From: an uncultured Chloroflexota bacterium
Lineage (GTDB): Bacteria; Chloroflexota; UBA11872; VXNJ01
Assembly: GCA_913043205.1 (NCBI GenBank)
Contig: CAJWLF010000002.1
Coordinates: forward strand, 109,206-173,205
DNA: 64,000 nucleotides
Direction of reading: 5' to 3'
Shown: positions 54,357 through 64,000 of the stretch, one piece after another
How the letters are laid out: every line of letters starts with the position of its first letter
How positions within the stretch are numbered: position 1 is the first letter of the stretch
Position numbers and translations under genes: made by a program
Notes under the pieces: generated by a model
Seen by the model: the letters and a program-made list of their open reading frames with translations, nothing else
Told to the model about the DNA's origin: nothing
Databases searched by the model: none

Positions 54357-56384
54357 TTATCCCGCTCTCTCTGAAGCTAAAGCTTGCCTCAGTTCAGATA
54401 TTTCATCACGATACATCGCAGCTTTTTCAAATTCCAGCGCATCTGAGGCGAGCCTCATCCTACGTTCTAATTCACGGATACGCTTGGAATATTCCAGAGG
54501 CGACATCTCCACCAAATCTCGTACAGCCACGCTTTCCTGTTCACCCCTCTCACCTAATCCTGAATCCCGATCGATCACCCCATCACTATCTACTAACATT
54601 TCCCTAATATCATGCAATTTTTTGGTTATAGATGCAGCTGTAATTCCATTGTCACGATTGTATTTCAATTGAATATCACGACGTCTGTATGTCTCATCTT
54701 TGGCTCTCTGCATACTTCCAGTTACATTGTCGGCATACATAACCACGTGACCTCGAACATTTCTAGCAGCACGACCAATTGTCTGAATCAATGCAACTTC
54801 AGATCTGAGATAGCCCTCCTTGTCAGCATCAAGAATAGCTACCAAGGAGACTTCTGGAAGATCCAACCCTTCCCTAAGTAAATTTATTCCTACCACCACA
54901 TCGTAAACACCTCTACGTAAATCGCTCAGAATTTCCACCCTCTGTAGAGTGTCTATTTCAGAATGAAGATAATGAACTTTTATTCCCATTTCAGACAAGT
55001 AGTCACTGAGATCTTCCGCCATACGTTTTGTTAAGGTAGTAACAATTACCCGATCGCCATCTCTCACCCGTGTACGAATCAGAAAAAGCAAGTCATCGAT
55101 TTGTCCCTCCGTCGGCTTGATTTCAATAGAAGGATCAACTAACCCTGTAGGTCTAACGATCTGCTCAACCACACGCTTACTATTCTTGTACTCAAATTCT
55201 CCCGGCGTGGCAGAAGAAAACATCACATGATTAGCCCGCTCCATAAATTCATCAAAAGACAATGGCCTATTATCATAGGCTGACGGTAGACGGAACCCAT
55301 AATTAACAAGAGACTTCTTGCGAGACTGATCCCCAGCTAGCATACCCTTTACCTGAGGCAGTGCCATGTGGGATTCGTCGACAATTATTAGTCCATCCGC
55401 AGGCAGATAATCTAAAAGCACCCATGGAGGTTCCCCTGGATCTCTTCCACTAAGATGTCGGCTGTAATTCTCTATACCAGTACAATGGCCAACTTCCCGA
55501 AGCATTTCCAAATCAAATTTTGTACGCTGACTTAATCGTGCAGCCTCCACAATCAAACCTTTAGACTCCATCTCCGCTAATTCTTGACTCAATTCATTCT
55601 CTATACCCAGTATTGCCTTATCCAGTCGCTCAGCTGGAGTAACCCAATGTCGTGCAGGATAGATGTCGATTGATTCCAAGTTGTTTAAAATTTCTCCGGT
55701 AAGGGGGTCTATTTGCACGATACGCTCTAAATCATCTCCAAAAAACTCGAGGCGGAAAGCATAATCTTCATAAGATGGAAAAATCTCTAACACGTCTCCG
55801 CGTAGTCTAAATTTTCCCCGTGATGGGCTAATGTCATTGCGTTCATATTGAATGGCAGTGAGATGGCGAAGCAATCGGTATAGATTATATTCTTGACCTG
55901 CGTTTAAACTTACACTCATTTCCCCGTAATCAGCAGGTGACCCAATCCCATAAATGCAAGAGACGCTGGCCACCACTATGACATCGCGTCTTGAAAAAAG
56001 AGAACGCGTGGTAGAAAGACGAAGCTTCTCAATTTCCTCATTAACATCGCTATCTTTTTCTATATAAGTATCGCTGCTAGGAACATACGCTTCGGGCTGA
56101 TAGTAGTCATAGTAGGACACAAAATATTCGACAGCATTGTTAGGAAAATATTCCCGAAATTCCGAACATAACTGTGCAGCTAAAGTCTTGTTTGGAGCCA
56201 AAATCAATGTAGGCTTCTGCACCTTATTTATTACATTAGCCATTGTGAAAGTTTTGCCTGAACCAGTGACTCCTAACAAGGTCTGAAATCTGTGACCTTG
56301 CATTAATCCTTCAGTCAGTGCTTGAATGGCAGCAGGTTGATCACCAGAAGGCTCGTAATCAGATACTAGTTCAAACAATGCCAT
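54357..56384 (-). CDS. uvrB: excinuclease ABC subunit B
   Basis: Helicase superfamily 2 motifs (GVTGSGKT; DESH), a beta-hairpin region and a C-terminal UVR domain ([11 protein letters not shown]). 675 aa. Confidence 0.95.
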   Translation of the reverse strand: MALFELVSDYEPSGDQPAAIQALTEGLMQGHRFQTLLGVTGSGKTFTMANVINKVQKPTLILAPNKTLAAQLCSEFREYFPNNAVEYFVSYYDYYQPEAYVPSSDTYIEKDSDVNEEIEKLRLSTTRSLFSRRDVIVVASVSCIYGIGSPADYGEMSVSLNAGQEYNLYRLLRHLTAIQYERNDISPSRGKFRLRGDVLEIFPSYEDYAFRLEFFGDDLERIVQIDPLTGEILNNLESIDIYPARHWVTPAERLDKAILGIENELSQELAEMESKGLIVEAARLSQRTKFDLEMLREVGHCTGIENYSRHLSGRDPGEPPWVLLDYLPADGLIIVDESHMALPQVKGMLAGDQSRKKSLVNYGFRLPSAYDNRPLSFDEFMERANHVMFSSATPGEFEYKNSKRVVEQIVRPTGLVDPSIEIKPTEGQIDDLLFLIRTRVRDGDRVIVTTLTKRMAEDLSDYLSEMGIKVHYLHSEIDTLQRVEILSDLRRGVYDVVVGINLLREGLDLPEVSLVAILDADKEGYLRSEVALIQTIGRAARNVRGHVVMYADNVTGSMQRAKDETYRRRDIQLKYNRDNGITAASITKKLHDIREMLVDSDGVIDRDSGLGERGEQESVAVRDLVEMSPLEYSKRIRELERRMRLASDALEFEKAAMYRDEISELRQALASERAG

Positions 56385-56432
56385 CCCATATTCCCAATTT
56401 GATGCCCCAATGCGGACACAAGCAAGCCCTGC

Positions 56433-58163
56433 TTAATGCTCATTCGGACCCGATATTGCTATCGGTATATGTATCAATGTGCACACTTTTGAATTGAGAG
56501 CGTCGATAGTAGCATCGCGCAATGCACCAGCTGTTTCAACTCTAATACCCCTAGCGCCAAATCCTTCTGCTATAGCCACATAATCGACAGGGCCAATTCG
56601 ACTCGAAGGCAAACCATCATGACCATAAGCGGCCCTTTGCTCGGTCACAACTATCCCCCACGCGCTATCATCCGCAACTATTACAACAAAAGGTAAGTCC
56701 TGTCGTACTGCACTTTCTATGTCGGAAAGCGCAAAATGGATAGCCCCATCACCAGTCAACAGTAAGGTGGGTTTGTCCGGGTAGGCTATCTTGGCCGCCA
56801 TAGCTCCCGGAATGCCCCAACCAACCACTCCACTAGCCCCACAAGTAAGCAACCCTTGGCTGTAATATCTAATCAACAATTGGTGAACCCACTGCCCTAT
56901 ATTCCCACCATCAATCAGAAAATTTATGTCTCGCTGAATTATTGGGGCTATAGCTTCTGCCACGTGCTTGCCTGTCATACCATCACTTTGATCGTTGTTT
57001 GGGCGCCTCCATTGGTCACGAAATGCCGTGTCAGCTCTGCGTGCTTCTATCAACCAATCATCTGTACGAGAAACCAGTTTGTCCGTAGGGTGATCCAACA
57101 TCGCCTGAACGACCAATTTAGGATCGCCCAGCAGTCCTATATCAGTTAACATTCCTTGCCTTAGCTCGTCAGAATCAGGGTCTATTCTTATCATTTTCGC
57201 ATTCGTGGATAGGGTCGGAGGGCGCCCATACCCCATTCGATAATCAATACGTCCGCCAATTAGAATAACCAAGTCTGATTGGGCCAACACATCAGGTTGG
57301 CCAGTAGCTGCACCTATAACCCCAACACTAAAGTCATTGTCAGGAATAATCGCCCTGTCCCAAATCAGGCTTGTTATGGGAGCTCGTATCAGATCTGCTA
57401 AGGCCACAATTTGCTCTCCGGATCCCGAGGAGTGAAGAACCCCACCACCAACTATGATAAGTGGTTTGCGAGATGAATTTACCACGTCAATAGCAGCGGT
57501 GATCGATCGTTCATCAGGTAATCCTCCTCGAAACACATGTCCATCAAGTGATGGCAGCTTCGGGATCTCGTCCTCGTCTAATAATGCCGCTGTTAAGTCA
57601 GCGGGTATCGATAATTGAACAGGGCCAGGACGCGGACTCGTAGCTATTCGAATCGCTTCGTGCACATAGAACCCTATGTCTTCAGCTCTGGTTACTCGAC
57701 GACTGTATTTACATAGCGACGAGGCGATGTTGGTGTGATCAAATTCTTGAAATTTTCCAAAATCAGTCTCCATAGAGGTGGATTCACCAGTAATCAAAAG
57801 TAACGGAGACCCATCAAAATACGAGTTCATCAATCCTGCCATAGCGTTTATATGAGCTATACCACTGCTACTGGCCACCACCCCAATTCTTCCAGTCAAT
57901 CGGGAGTAAGCTTCCGCAAGATATGACGCACTATCTTCCGCACGGGTATCCACTACTCGCATTTGATTACGACTGCATGCTTCTAAAACAGGATTCAATC
58001 CATTACCGCAGACAGCCGCCATGAATTGAACCCCACATTCGCGTAGGCTTCGAACAAGCAAGGCGCCACCAGTAATCATGTGTAAACAGCCATTTGTGTA
58101 AGTCCTTAGATAAAAGATCAGTCCACTACCGTAAATCTTTGCCGGAATGAAGTGATAAAACAA
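56433..58163 (-). CDS. thiamine pyrophosphate-dependent enzyme (acetolactate synthase-like family); probable start at the internal Met near 58079
   Basis: TPP N-terminal Pyr domain, central domain and C-terminal PP domain with a GDG...N TPP-binding motif (LLTGDGAIHFALSD...VVIVADDSAWG). Confidence 0.8.
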   Translation of the reverse strand: MFYHFIPAKIYGSGLIFYLRTYTNGCLHMITGGALLVRSLRECGVQFMAAVCGNGLNPVLEACSRNQMRVVDTRAEDSASYLAEAYSRLTGRIGVVASSSGIAHINAMAGLMNSYFDGSPLLLITGESTSMETDFGKFQEFDHTNIASSLCKYSRRVTRAEDIGFYVHEAIRIATSPRPGPVQLSIPADLTAALLDEDEIPKLPSLDGHVFRGGLPDERSITAAIDVVNSSRKPLIIVGGGVLHSSGSGEQIVALADLIRAPITSLIWDRAIIPDNDFSVGVIGAATGQPDVLAQSDLVILIGGRIDYRMGYGRPPTLSTNAKMIRIDPDSDELRQGMLTDIGLLGDPKLVVQAMLDHPTDKLVSRTDDWLIEARRADTAFRDQWRRPNNDQSDGMTGKHVAEAIAPIIQRDINFLIDGGNIGQWVHQLLIRYYSQGLLTCGASGVVGWGIPGAMAAKIAYPDKPTLLLTGDGAIHFALSDIESAVRQDLPFVVIVADDSAWGIVVTEQRAAYGHDGLPSSRIGPVDYVAIAEGFGARGIRVETAGALRDATIDALNSKVCTLIHIPIAISGPNEH

Positions 58164-58366
58164 AAAATCAGCACCACATCACTACGTTCACGCTAGCATA
58201 TGACAACTCGCATCTCATTCGATCTGAACTTCTAGACTCTATACTGGCATATCGTGAAGACAAGTCATAATCGATTGACTATCCGGGACAACATTACCGT
58301 AGTAGCCTAAACTCTAGTGCTCTCTCATAAAGATCCACGACACATGGCTACATTTGAGGCAGTTAG

Positions 58367-58453
58367 GCCGAGGTGGCGGAATCGGCAGACGCGCTAGCTT
58401 GAGGGGCTAGTGACCTTCGGGTTGTGCGGGTTCAAATCCCGCCCTCGGCACCA
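58367..58453 (+). tRNA. tRNA-Leu (anticodon GAG), type II with long variable arm, CCA encoded
   Basis: Manual fold: acceptor GCCGAGG/CCTCGGC, anticodon stem CTAGC/GCTAG with loop TTGAGGG (anticodon GAG), variable stem-loop GACC-TTCG-GGTT, T-arm GCGGG-TTCAAAT-CCCGC, discriminator A plus CCA. Confidence 0.85.
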
Positions 58454-58512
58454 TATCTATTCGTTCCTCGACGCCCTGACCAGACCGCATCTCAAAGATA
58501 TTAATTCAAGCC

Positions 58513-59007
58513 TTATTCCAAAGTCGTCCCTAATATCGCTTTTTGCTGTTCTTGCCGATACTCAAGCATTTGGGCACCCATTGATTCATCACTAAGCGCA
58601 ATAATCTCTACTGCCAGCAATGCCGCATTAACTGCCCCTGCCTTCCCTATTGCTAGTGTGGCAACAGGAATTCCCCGTGGCATTTGGACTGTTGACAATA
58701 ACGAGTCCAGACCATCGAGAGCCCACCCTGTCATCGGTACACCCAACACTGGTAATATCGTGTGGGCTGCTACAACCCCAGCCAGGTGCGCAGCTCCCCC
58801 TGCCGCTGCCACTATGACCTTACCCTCACGATCCTCTACGCTTGAAACCCATTCCACAGTTTGTGTGGGGGTTCTGTGAGCAGAAAGAACACGAGCTTCA
58901 TAAGAAACATTAAACTGCTCTAACATGTCGGTGCATGACTTCATGGTAGACCAATCAGATGCGCTACCCATCACAACACCTACTGCAATATTAGATTGGG
59001 AATCCAA
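58513..59007 (-). CDS. purE: 5-(carboxyamino)imidazole ribonucleotide mutase
   Basis: PurE pattern (VGVVMGSASDW...; VIVAAAGGAAHLAGVVAA.T..PV.GVP). Confidence 0.9.
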   Translation of the reverse strand: MDSQSNIAVGVVMGSASDWSTMKSCTDMLEQFNVSYEARVLSAHRTPTQTVEWVSSVEDREGKVIVAAAGGAAHLAGVVAAHTILPVLGVPMTGWALDGLDSLLSTVQMPRGIPVATLAIGKAGAVNAALLAVEIIALSDESMGAQMLEYRQEQQKAILGTTLE

Positions 59008-59010
59008 TTC

Positions 59011-60453
59011 CTAGCCTCCTTGTGGCAGCGAGAAACCTCGCTCACCATCATATGTATAAAGATTTTCGGTTTTAACAAAATCGAATCCAGAATCACCCAT
59101 CCTATTCAGAAGACCTACAATGTCCTCATGATTAATTGGTTTATGCCCCCCAAATCGACACCTCCAATGCCTAGTCGTATATGTCTCCGGCAGACCATCG
59201 GGCCATACTTTTACACCGCGATTATCAATAATTTCAAGTTTTAATTGAGATCCTTGCAGCGGTTGTAGTAATCCAGCAAGATCATCAGGGCCGCCACCTG
59301 TCCAATCAATAAACACATCCACTCCCACCAATGCTTTGTTTACAAATTCATCCCGTAAAATCACAGTAGATCGCTTATGACTTGGTCGTTCAGCATATTG
59401 GGCTGAATCGAAATGAGTCGGCATCATGCCCAATCGATCTATTACAGCCTCCGAAAATTCCTTGGTACCGACCTTTTTTGTACTATGTTTTTCCGTATAG
59501 ACATCGTAGGTGTGAATCCCATCCTCAATCGTCCTCAACCAAGCGTTGTGAATAGAAGACGCAATATCCACTTGTTTAACGTACACCATCATCATTACTG
59601 CCCCGTGTAATAACCCAGATGGATTGGCAAGATTTTGTCCTGCACGTCGAGGGGCCGATCCATGTATAGCCTCAAACATCGCATATCCATCACCTATGTT
59701 GGCTGACCCAGCAAGACCAACTGACCCAGCAATTTGAGCCGCCACATCAGACAAAATATCGCCATACAGATTTGGCAAAACCACCACATCAAACAACTCT
59801 GGAGTGTCGGCTAATTTGGCTGCACCTATGTCTACAATCCAATGCTCATTCTCTATATCGGGATAATCAGCCGCAACCTCGTCAAACACACGGTGAAAAA
59901 GACCATCTGTTAGCTTCATTATGTTGTCTTTAGTGAAACAGGTAACTTTATCCCTGCCGTGAGTGACGGCAAATTCAAACGCATGACGACATATTCGTTC
60001 GCTACCAGAACGAGTAATCAACTTGAGAGTTTGTGCAACTCCATCCGCATGCATATGTTCAATGCCAGCGTAGGTATCCTCCTCATTCTCTCGCACAATA
60101 ACAACATCCATACTTGGATGCTTGGTGGAAATAAATGGATCATACGCAACGCAAGGCCGAACATTTGCATATAAACCCAACACCTTGCGTGTGGTGACAT
60201 TTAGACTTTTGAATCCACCACCCTGAGGAGTCGTGATCGGAGCTTTCAAAAATACCCGCGTGCGCCGCAACGAATCCCACGCCTCATCTTCGATACCAGA
60301 ACTAACCCCACGCAGATACACTGACTCGCCTATTTCAATTTTTTCAGGTGCTAAATCGGCCCCAGCAGCCTCGAGTATATTTAGTGTAGCTTCCATGATT
60401 TCTGGACCAATACCGTCACCGTACGCCACCGTAATAGGGACCTTTTCAGACAT
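59011..60453 (-). CDS. icd: isocitrate/isopropylmalate dehydrogenase family enzyme, probably NAD(P)-dependent isocitrate dehydrogenase (480 aa)
   Basis: Family N-terminus (PITVAYGDGIGPEIM), substrate-binding region (NVRPCVAY) and a Gly-rich NAD(P) region (GSAPRRAGQNLANPS). Confidence 0.75.
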   Translation of the reverse strand: MSEKVPITVAYGDGIGPEIMEATLNILEAAGADLAPEKIEIGESVYLRGVSSGIEDEAWDSLRRTRVFLKAPITTPQGGGFKSLNVTTRKVLGLYANVRPCVAYDPFISTKHPSMDVVIVRENEEDTYAGIEHMHADGVAQTLKLITRSGSERICRHAFEFAVTHGRDKVTCFTKDNIMKLTDGLFHRVFDEVAADYPDIENEHWIVDIGAAKLADTPELFDVVVLPNLYGDILSDVAAQIAGSVGLAGSANIGDGYAMFEAIHGSAPRRAGQNLANPSGLLHGAVMMMVYVKQVDIASSIHNAWLRTIEDGIHTYDVYTEKHSTKKVGTKEFSEAVIDRLGMMPTHFDSAQYAERPSHKRSTVILRDEFVNKALVGVDVFIDWTGGGPDDLAGLLQPLQGSQLKLEIIDNRGVKVWPDGLPETYTTRHWRCRFGGHKPINHEDIVGLLNRMGDSGFDFVKTENLYTYDGERGFSLPQGG

Positions 60454-60555
60454 TATGTACCTTTCTGATCAAAATGAACCGCCATTACAGTCGGTCTCTC
60501 TCTGATTTGGATCTATGATTAATTATCTTAAGTTCTACAATTAAAAAACCAAACA

Positions 60556-61353
60556 TCACTTATAGCCAGATTGCTGCCGAGCACGCTTCCAGTGATCTGT
60601 TCGTGTATTAATGTTTCCTAACTGAAACATTATGAGAACTATAGTAGCAACAACACCAAGTACCAGCGCTATCCATTGGGCCTGGGTAAATAGCCCATAG
60701 AGTTCATCGCGACGCAAAAAGGTTACCGCAAATCTAAACCAGGAATATAAGAAAATATAGACAAAAAATACTCGCCCAGAGCCACCCCACCTATGTATCA
60801 AATTAATCAAAACCGCAAGAAATATTAGGTCTGCCACTGCCTCATAAGCGGCAGCTGGATGGGCTGGATAGGTAATACCGTTTGAATCGCGCTCCGCAAG
60901 CGTCGATGAATCCGTATATAAGAATGCCCAAGGCAAATCGGAAGCAACACGGGTATGTTCACCATTAATTATGTTAGCCAATCTTCCAATAGCCTGACCC
61001 AAAATCAGCCCCAACCCGCCAACATCCATTAGTGGTCTTATTGGCAATCCATTTGCGATGCATCCTAAAACACCCCCGGAAACACCTCCTATAATCCCTC
61101 CCCAAATCGCACCACCTCCTTTCCACATTTGCGGAATCAACATCATATCTTTGGAATAGATTTCATCCCACTTATCGATTACATGCAGTATCCGTGTCCC
61201 CAAAATACCACCTAAAATCGCCCAGAACGCTATGGCGTCCACATCATCCGGGCTTATGCCAACAGCATACGCATAGCGTCTACATAGCCACCAACCCATA
61301 CCAATACCCAATACAACTATTGGCCCATAGGTTCTAAGTTGAATATCCCCCAC
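60556..61353 (-). CDS. lgt: prolipoprotein diacylglyceryl transferase
   Basis: Lgt pattern (YGPIVVLGIGMGWWL..., GGILGTRILHV, the conserved His/Tyr-rich signature). 265-aa polytopic membrane protein. Confidence 0.88.
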   Translation of the reverse strand: MGDIQLRTYGPIVVLGIGMGWWLCRRYAYAVGISPDDVDAIAFWAILGGILGTRILHVIDKWDEIYSKDMMLIPQMWKGGGAIWGGIIGGVSGGVLGCIANGLPIRPLMDVGGLGLILGQAIGRLANIINGEHTRVASDLPWAFLYTDSSTLAERDSNGITYPAHPAAAYEAVADLIFLAVLINLIHRWGGSGRVFFVYIFLYSWFRFAVTFLRRDELYGLFTQAQWIALVLGVVATIVLIMFQLGNINTRTDHWKRARQQSGYK

Positions 61354-61495
61354 AGGTATGTATGGGCCGAAAGGAATCTCTATCGCAGGAAAAATTGTTC
61401 AAACTCCAAACTTGCAACATGTCGAATAACCCGATGCCATAAATTTAATTTATTTGAACATCTTGGACCACATGTCTGTAATAGGCCAATATTTC

Positions 61496-62647
61496 CTACT
61501 CGGATTTCGCATCACATAAATTGGTAATCTGTCCAGTCTCAGCATTAATTAGGTCTTTGCCTTCATAGTAGCCAGTAAGCTCTACAAACCCTCTGCCAAC
61601 TTTATTCCCTGCTATTAATGCCTCAACGGCACCTTCCCAATATACCTGGCCTGTACTGGCACGGGTATCAAGCTCTTGATTTTTCATTACAGGAATTAGC
61701 GTTAAATTGATGTTGGTGTTTTTTACTGTGAGATCCCATCCAGACGGATAAGTAGCTCCAGTGGTAGGACTAGTCCAGCTATCAAGGGCCTTTATAGCGA
61801 ATTCTTCACTGGTCAGATGCCGTACTGCTCCAAATTCGCTGACCAAAGTGCCATATTTCATCACGATTTCACGATCTTCGTTGAATACAAAAGAAGCAGT
61901 AAAATCACGACCATCATCCAATTGCAAACTAAACCAATCCCAGCCACCCGTACCTACAGAAACAAAGTCTCCCCATTGGTGATCCATCCAGGCTTGACCA
62001 GTGACGTATTTAGGCCCTTCGTCAGTAGTTAAAACTCCTGCTAGTTGCAACCTCGTATACGAATAGTAATAACTCCATCCATATGGTGAGAAATCTAACA
62101 ATCCGTCATTGTCATGCAGGGTCACAGGCTTCTGAGGCACGGCCAACAAGTCCAAAGAATAGCCAGGCATATTAGCGTTAATCTTGAAGCCAGAGTCAAT
62201 AAGAGCCAATTTCCATCCTCCAACGCACAAATTTAATCCCGGATTAGCGTTGGCACCATCCGTCACAGAATTACGTTCGGCATAAACAAATTTGTTGGAA
62301 CCTATATCCGATATAGCAAAATGAGCCGCATAGGCAGTTGGAGCTAGTTCACGATTTGCCTGAAATATGACGAATTCAAACCCCATAGGATTTTCTTGGG
62401 CACCATCAAGATGCCCTGTGAAATACCACCATTCAGATAGGTTGTTGTGAGGTAATTCGTCTGCTGGGAGTTGTATATCTTGATACACATCAGCAGGAGC
62501 TGAACCGGAAAATTCAGGCAATGATTTATATTCCATGCCACACCCAGCCAACAAAATAATGAAAATAATCCCTGTAACGCACGCCATACGCTTGATCATT
62601 ACTCGCGATACTTCCGACGTACTATTGTTGGAGCCCACCAGTTCCAA
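61496..62647 (-). CDS. AttH/CrtC-like (lipocalin-like hydratase-fold) lipoprotein; probable start at the internal ATG at 62597-62599
   Basis: Lipoprotein signal (MIKRMACVTGIIFIILLAGCGM) and an AttH/CrtC-like motif (EWWYFTGHL...GFEFVIFQ; AAHFAISD). Confidence 0.6.
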   Translation of the reverse strand: MELVGSNNSTSEVSRVMIKRMACVTGIIFIILLAGCGMEYKSLPEFSGSAPADVYQDIQLPADELPHNNLSEWWYFTGHLDGAQENPMGFEFVIFQANRELAPTAYAAHFAISDIGSNKFVYAERNSVTDGANANPGLNLCVGGWKLALIDSGFKINANMPGYSLDLLAVPQKPVTLHDNDGLLDFSPYGWSYYYSYTRLQLAGVLTTDEGPKYVTGQAWMDHQWGDFVSVGTGGWDWFSLQLDDGRDFTASFVFNEDREIVMKYGTLVSEFGAVRHLTSEEFAIKALDSWTSPTTGATYPSGWDLTVKNTNINLTLIPVMKNQELDTRASTGQVYWEGAVEALIAGNKVGRGFVELTGYYEGKDLINAETGQITNLCDAKSE

Positions 62648-63999
62648 TCACCTAACAATTTCATAGTCGATGGAACAAGTAGAGATCGAACAATCGATGC
62701 ATCCACAAACACAGCGATAGCAGCACCTAACCCAACCGCCTTAATCAATACTATATCCGCAGACACAAAAGCCAAAGATACGACTATAACGACCGTAGCG
62801 GCACTCGTTATTACTCTGCCGCTACGTTCTAACCCTATCGCTATAGCGGACGCATTGTCGTGCCCAGCATCATAAGCCTCTTTTATACGGGCTAACAAAA
62901 ACACTTCATAATCCATGCTCAACCCAAATAGTAGTGCGAACATAATGATTGGCAGAGTGGCTTCGATATATCCCAGCGGTTCAAAACCCAATATTCCAGA
63001 CATCCACCCATCCTGAAAAACGAGTACTAAAGCACCAAAACTAGCTCCCAAACTGAGGACGTTCATTAACACAGCTTTGACAGGCAAAAACACCGATCGG
63101 AACAATAATAATAAAACGATATAGGTCAACAAAAAGATGATCCCTATGGCCCGAGGGAATTCTGAATAGAGCCTATCCACGAAGTCTGTCAATCCAGCAG
63201 CCCCTCCACCAACAAGCATGTCAAGATTGTTGGTATCTCTATAATCACGGATTGCATAAACTAAGCCGCGAGCATCGTCACTGGTTGGTGCACCTTTAGG
63301 TTCTATGATGATTAATGCTGATTTACCTAAGGTTGTCATGTGGGCTATAGCACGAGCATAGGGATCGGTAATTACTGATGGATTACGATAGAGCAACTCA
63401 TACTCTTCTATAGTGATACGATCATCAATAGAAACCGGACTCACTACTCGACTTACCCTGTCATCTGACTTCAAGACACTCGTGAATTCGTGCATCACAT
63501 TCAAAGATGTTTTTGCTAAAGACGAGTCTGGAAAACGCCATACAGCAAAAATCGGAGTGACATGGCCCGGACCAAACTCTTCTTGTAAAAGGTCATAAGC
63601 TTCTCTAGACGGCGTCGACTTGTTCAATACAGATGCATCTGGAGCACTGACGCGAGCCCGTAATACAGGGGTTACCATGACAAGTAAAAATAATGACACG
63701 ATAAAAAACACCGGGATCGGCCTAGCCATTACTGCGCGGGCCACTCGAGCCCAACCCCCAGTCGTGTCAGAACGACGTCTCCACACCCGATAACGATCTA
63801 TGTTTGAACCAATTATGGCCAACAGTGCCGGCACTAATGTAATAGCGGCCATGACCGCTATAGCGACCACAACCGCACCTCCAGCTCCTATCGACCTAAG
63901 CATCATAAATTCGAACAGTATCAATGAAGATAGTCCGACCATAACTGCTAACCCTGAGAACACAACAGCTTTACCAGCAGTCTCTACAGTCGTCACCAC
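62599..63999 (-). CDS. MMPL-family RND-type membrane transporter, partial (N-terminal part lies beyond the window end)
   Basis: MMPL/SSD transmembrane pattern (GASFGALVLVFQDGW...; LSMDYEVFLLARIKEA; second TM bundle VVFSGLAVMVGLSSLILF...). Its stop codon overlaps the start of the downstream lipoprotein gene (TAATG). Confidence 0.8.
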   Translation of the reverse strand: MVTTVETAGKAVVFSGLAVMVGLSSLILFEFMMLRSIGAGGAVVVAIAVMAAITLVPALLAIIGSNIDRYRVWRRRSDTTGGWARVARAVMARPIPVFFIVSLFLLVMVTPVLRARVSAPDASVLNKSTPSREAYDLLQEEFGPGHVTPIFAVWRFPDSSLAKTSLNVMHEFTSVLKSDDRVSRVVSPVSIDDRITIEEYELLYRNPSVITDPYARAIAHMTTLGKSALIIIEPKGAPTSDDARGLVYAIRDYRDTNNLDMLVGGGAAGLTDFVDRLYSEFPRAIGIIFLLTYIVLLLLFRSVFLPVKAVLMNVLSLGASFGALVLVFQDGWMSGILGFEPLGYIEATLPIIMFALLFGLSMDYEVFLLARIKEAYDAGHDNASAIAIGLERSGRVITSAATVVIVVSLAFVSADIVLIKAVGLGAAIAVFVDASIVRSLLVPSTMKLLGDWNWWAPTIVRRKYRE

Positions 64000-64000
64000 C

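Noticed and set aside
1-64000. Screen for CRISPR arrays, IS elements, prophage or toxin-antitoxin modules
   Set aside because: No regularly spaced direct repeats, no transposase, integrase or recombinase ORFs and no phage structural genes were recognised. The window appears to be core chromosome.

Overview
This is a gene-dense bacterial chromosomal segment (about 48% GC) with roughly 57 protein genes and 2 tRNAs, and many TTG/GTG starts. Most genes are housekeeping. They cover DNA repair and recombination (recO, uvrC, uvrB, rarA, yebC-ruvC-ruvA-ruvB, recX), translation (glyQS, aspS, infC, der, tRNA-Gly(CCC), tRNA-Leu(GAG)), lipid and lipoprotein metabolism (plsY, plsC, acpS, lgt), nucleotide and cofactor metabolism (cmk, purE, nadB, nadC, nnr, a PduO-type adenosyltransferase), and central metabolism (an ICDH-family dehydrogenase, a TPP enzyme). 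There are also two clusters of paired Gfo/Idh/MocA oxidoreductases and xylose-isomerase-like TIM-barrel enzymes, a sulfatase, a heterodimeric ABC exporter pair, and an MFP/FtsX/ABC efflux operon. I found no transposases, integrases, CRISPR arrays or obvious horizontally acquired islands. The regions most worth a second look are: (i) a two-gene operon of a KamA-family radical-SAM aminomutase and an uncharacterised 475-aa protein with weak ATP-grasp-like signatures; (ii) an 800-aa membrane protein with a divergent PP2C-like domain, two TM helices and a C-terminal beta-propeller; (iii) an efflux operon whose lipoprotein adaptor seems to initiate at CUG, has a ~400-aa coiled coil, and sits with a fused double-FtsX permease and two separate ATPases; (iv) infC with a probable AUU start, detached from rpmI-rplT and followed by an unknown gene and aspS; (v) a perfect 10-bp inverted repeat straddling a -10-like element; (vi) a GC-rich intergenic element with two GNRA tetraloop hairpins; and (vii) an MMPL transporter translationally coupled (TAATG) to an AttH/CrtC-like lipoprotein. 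All family assignments come from motif recognition by eye; I ran no database searches.
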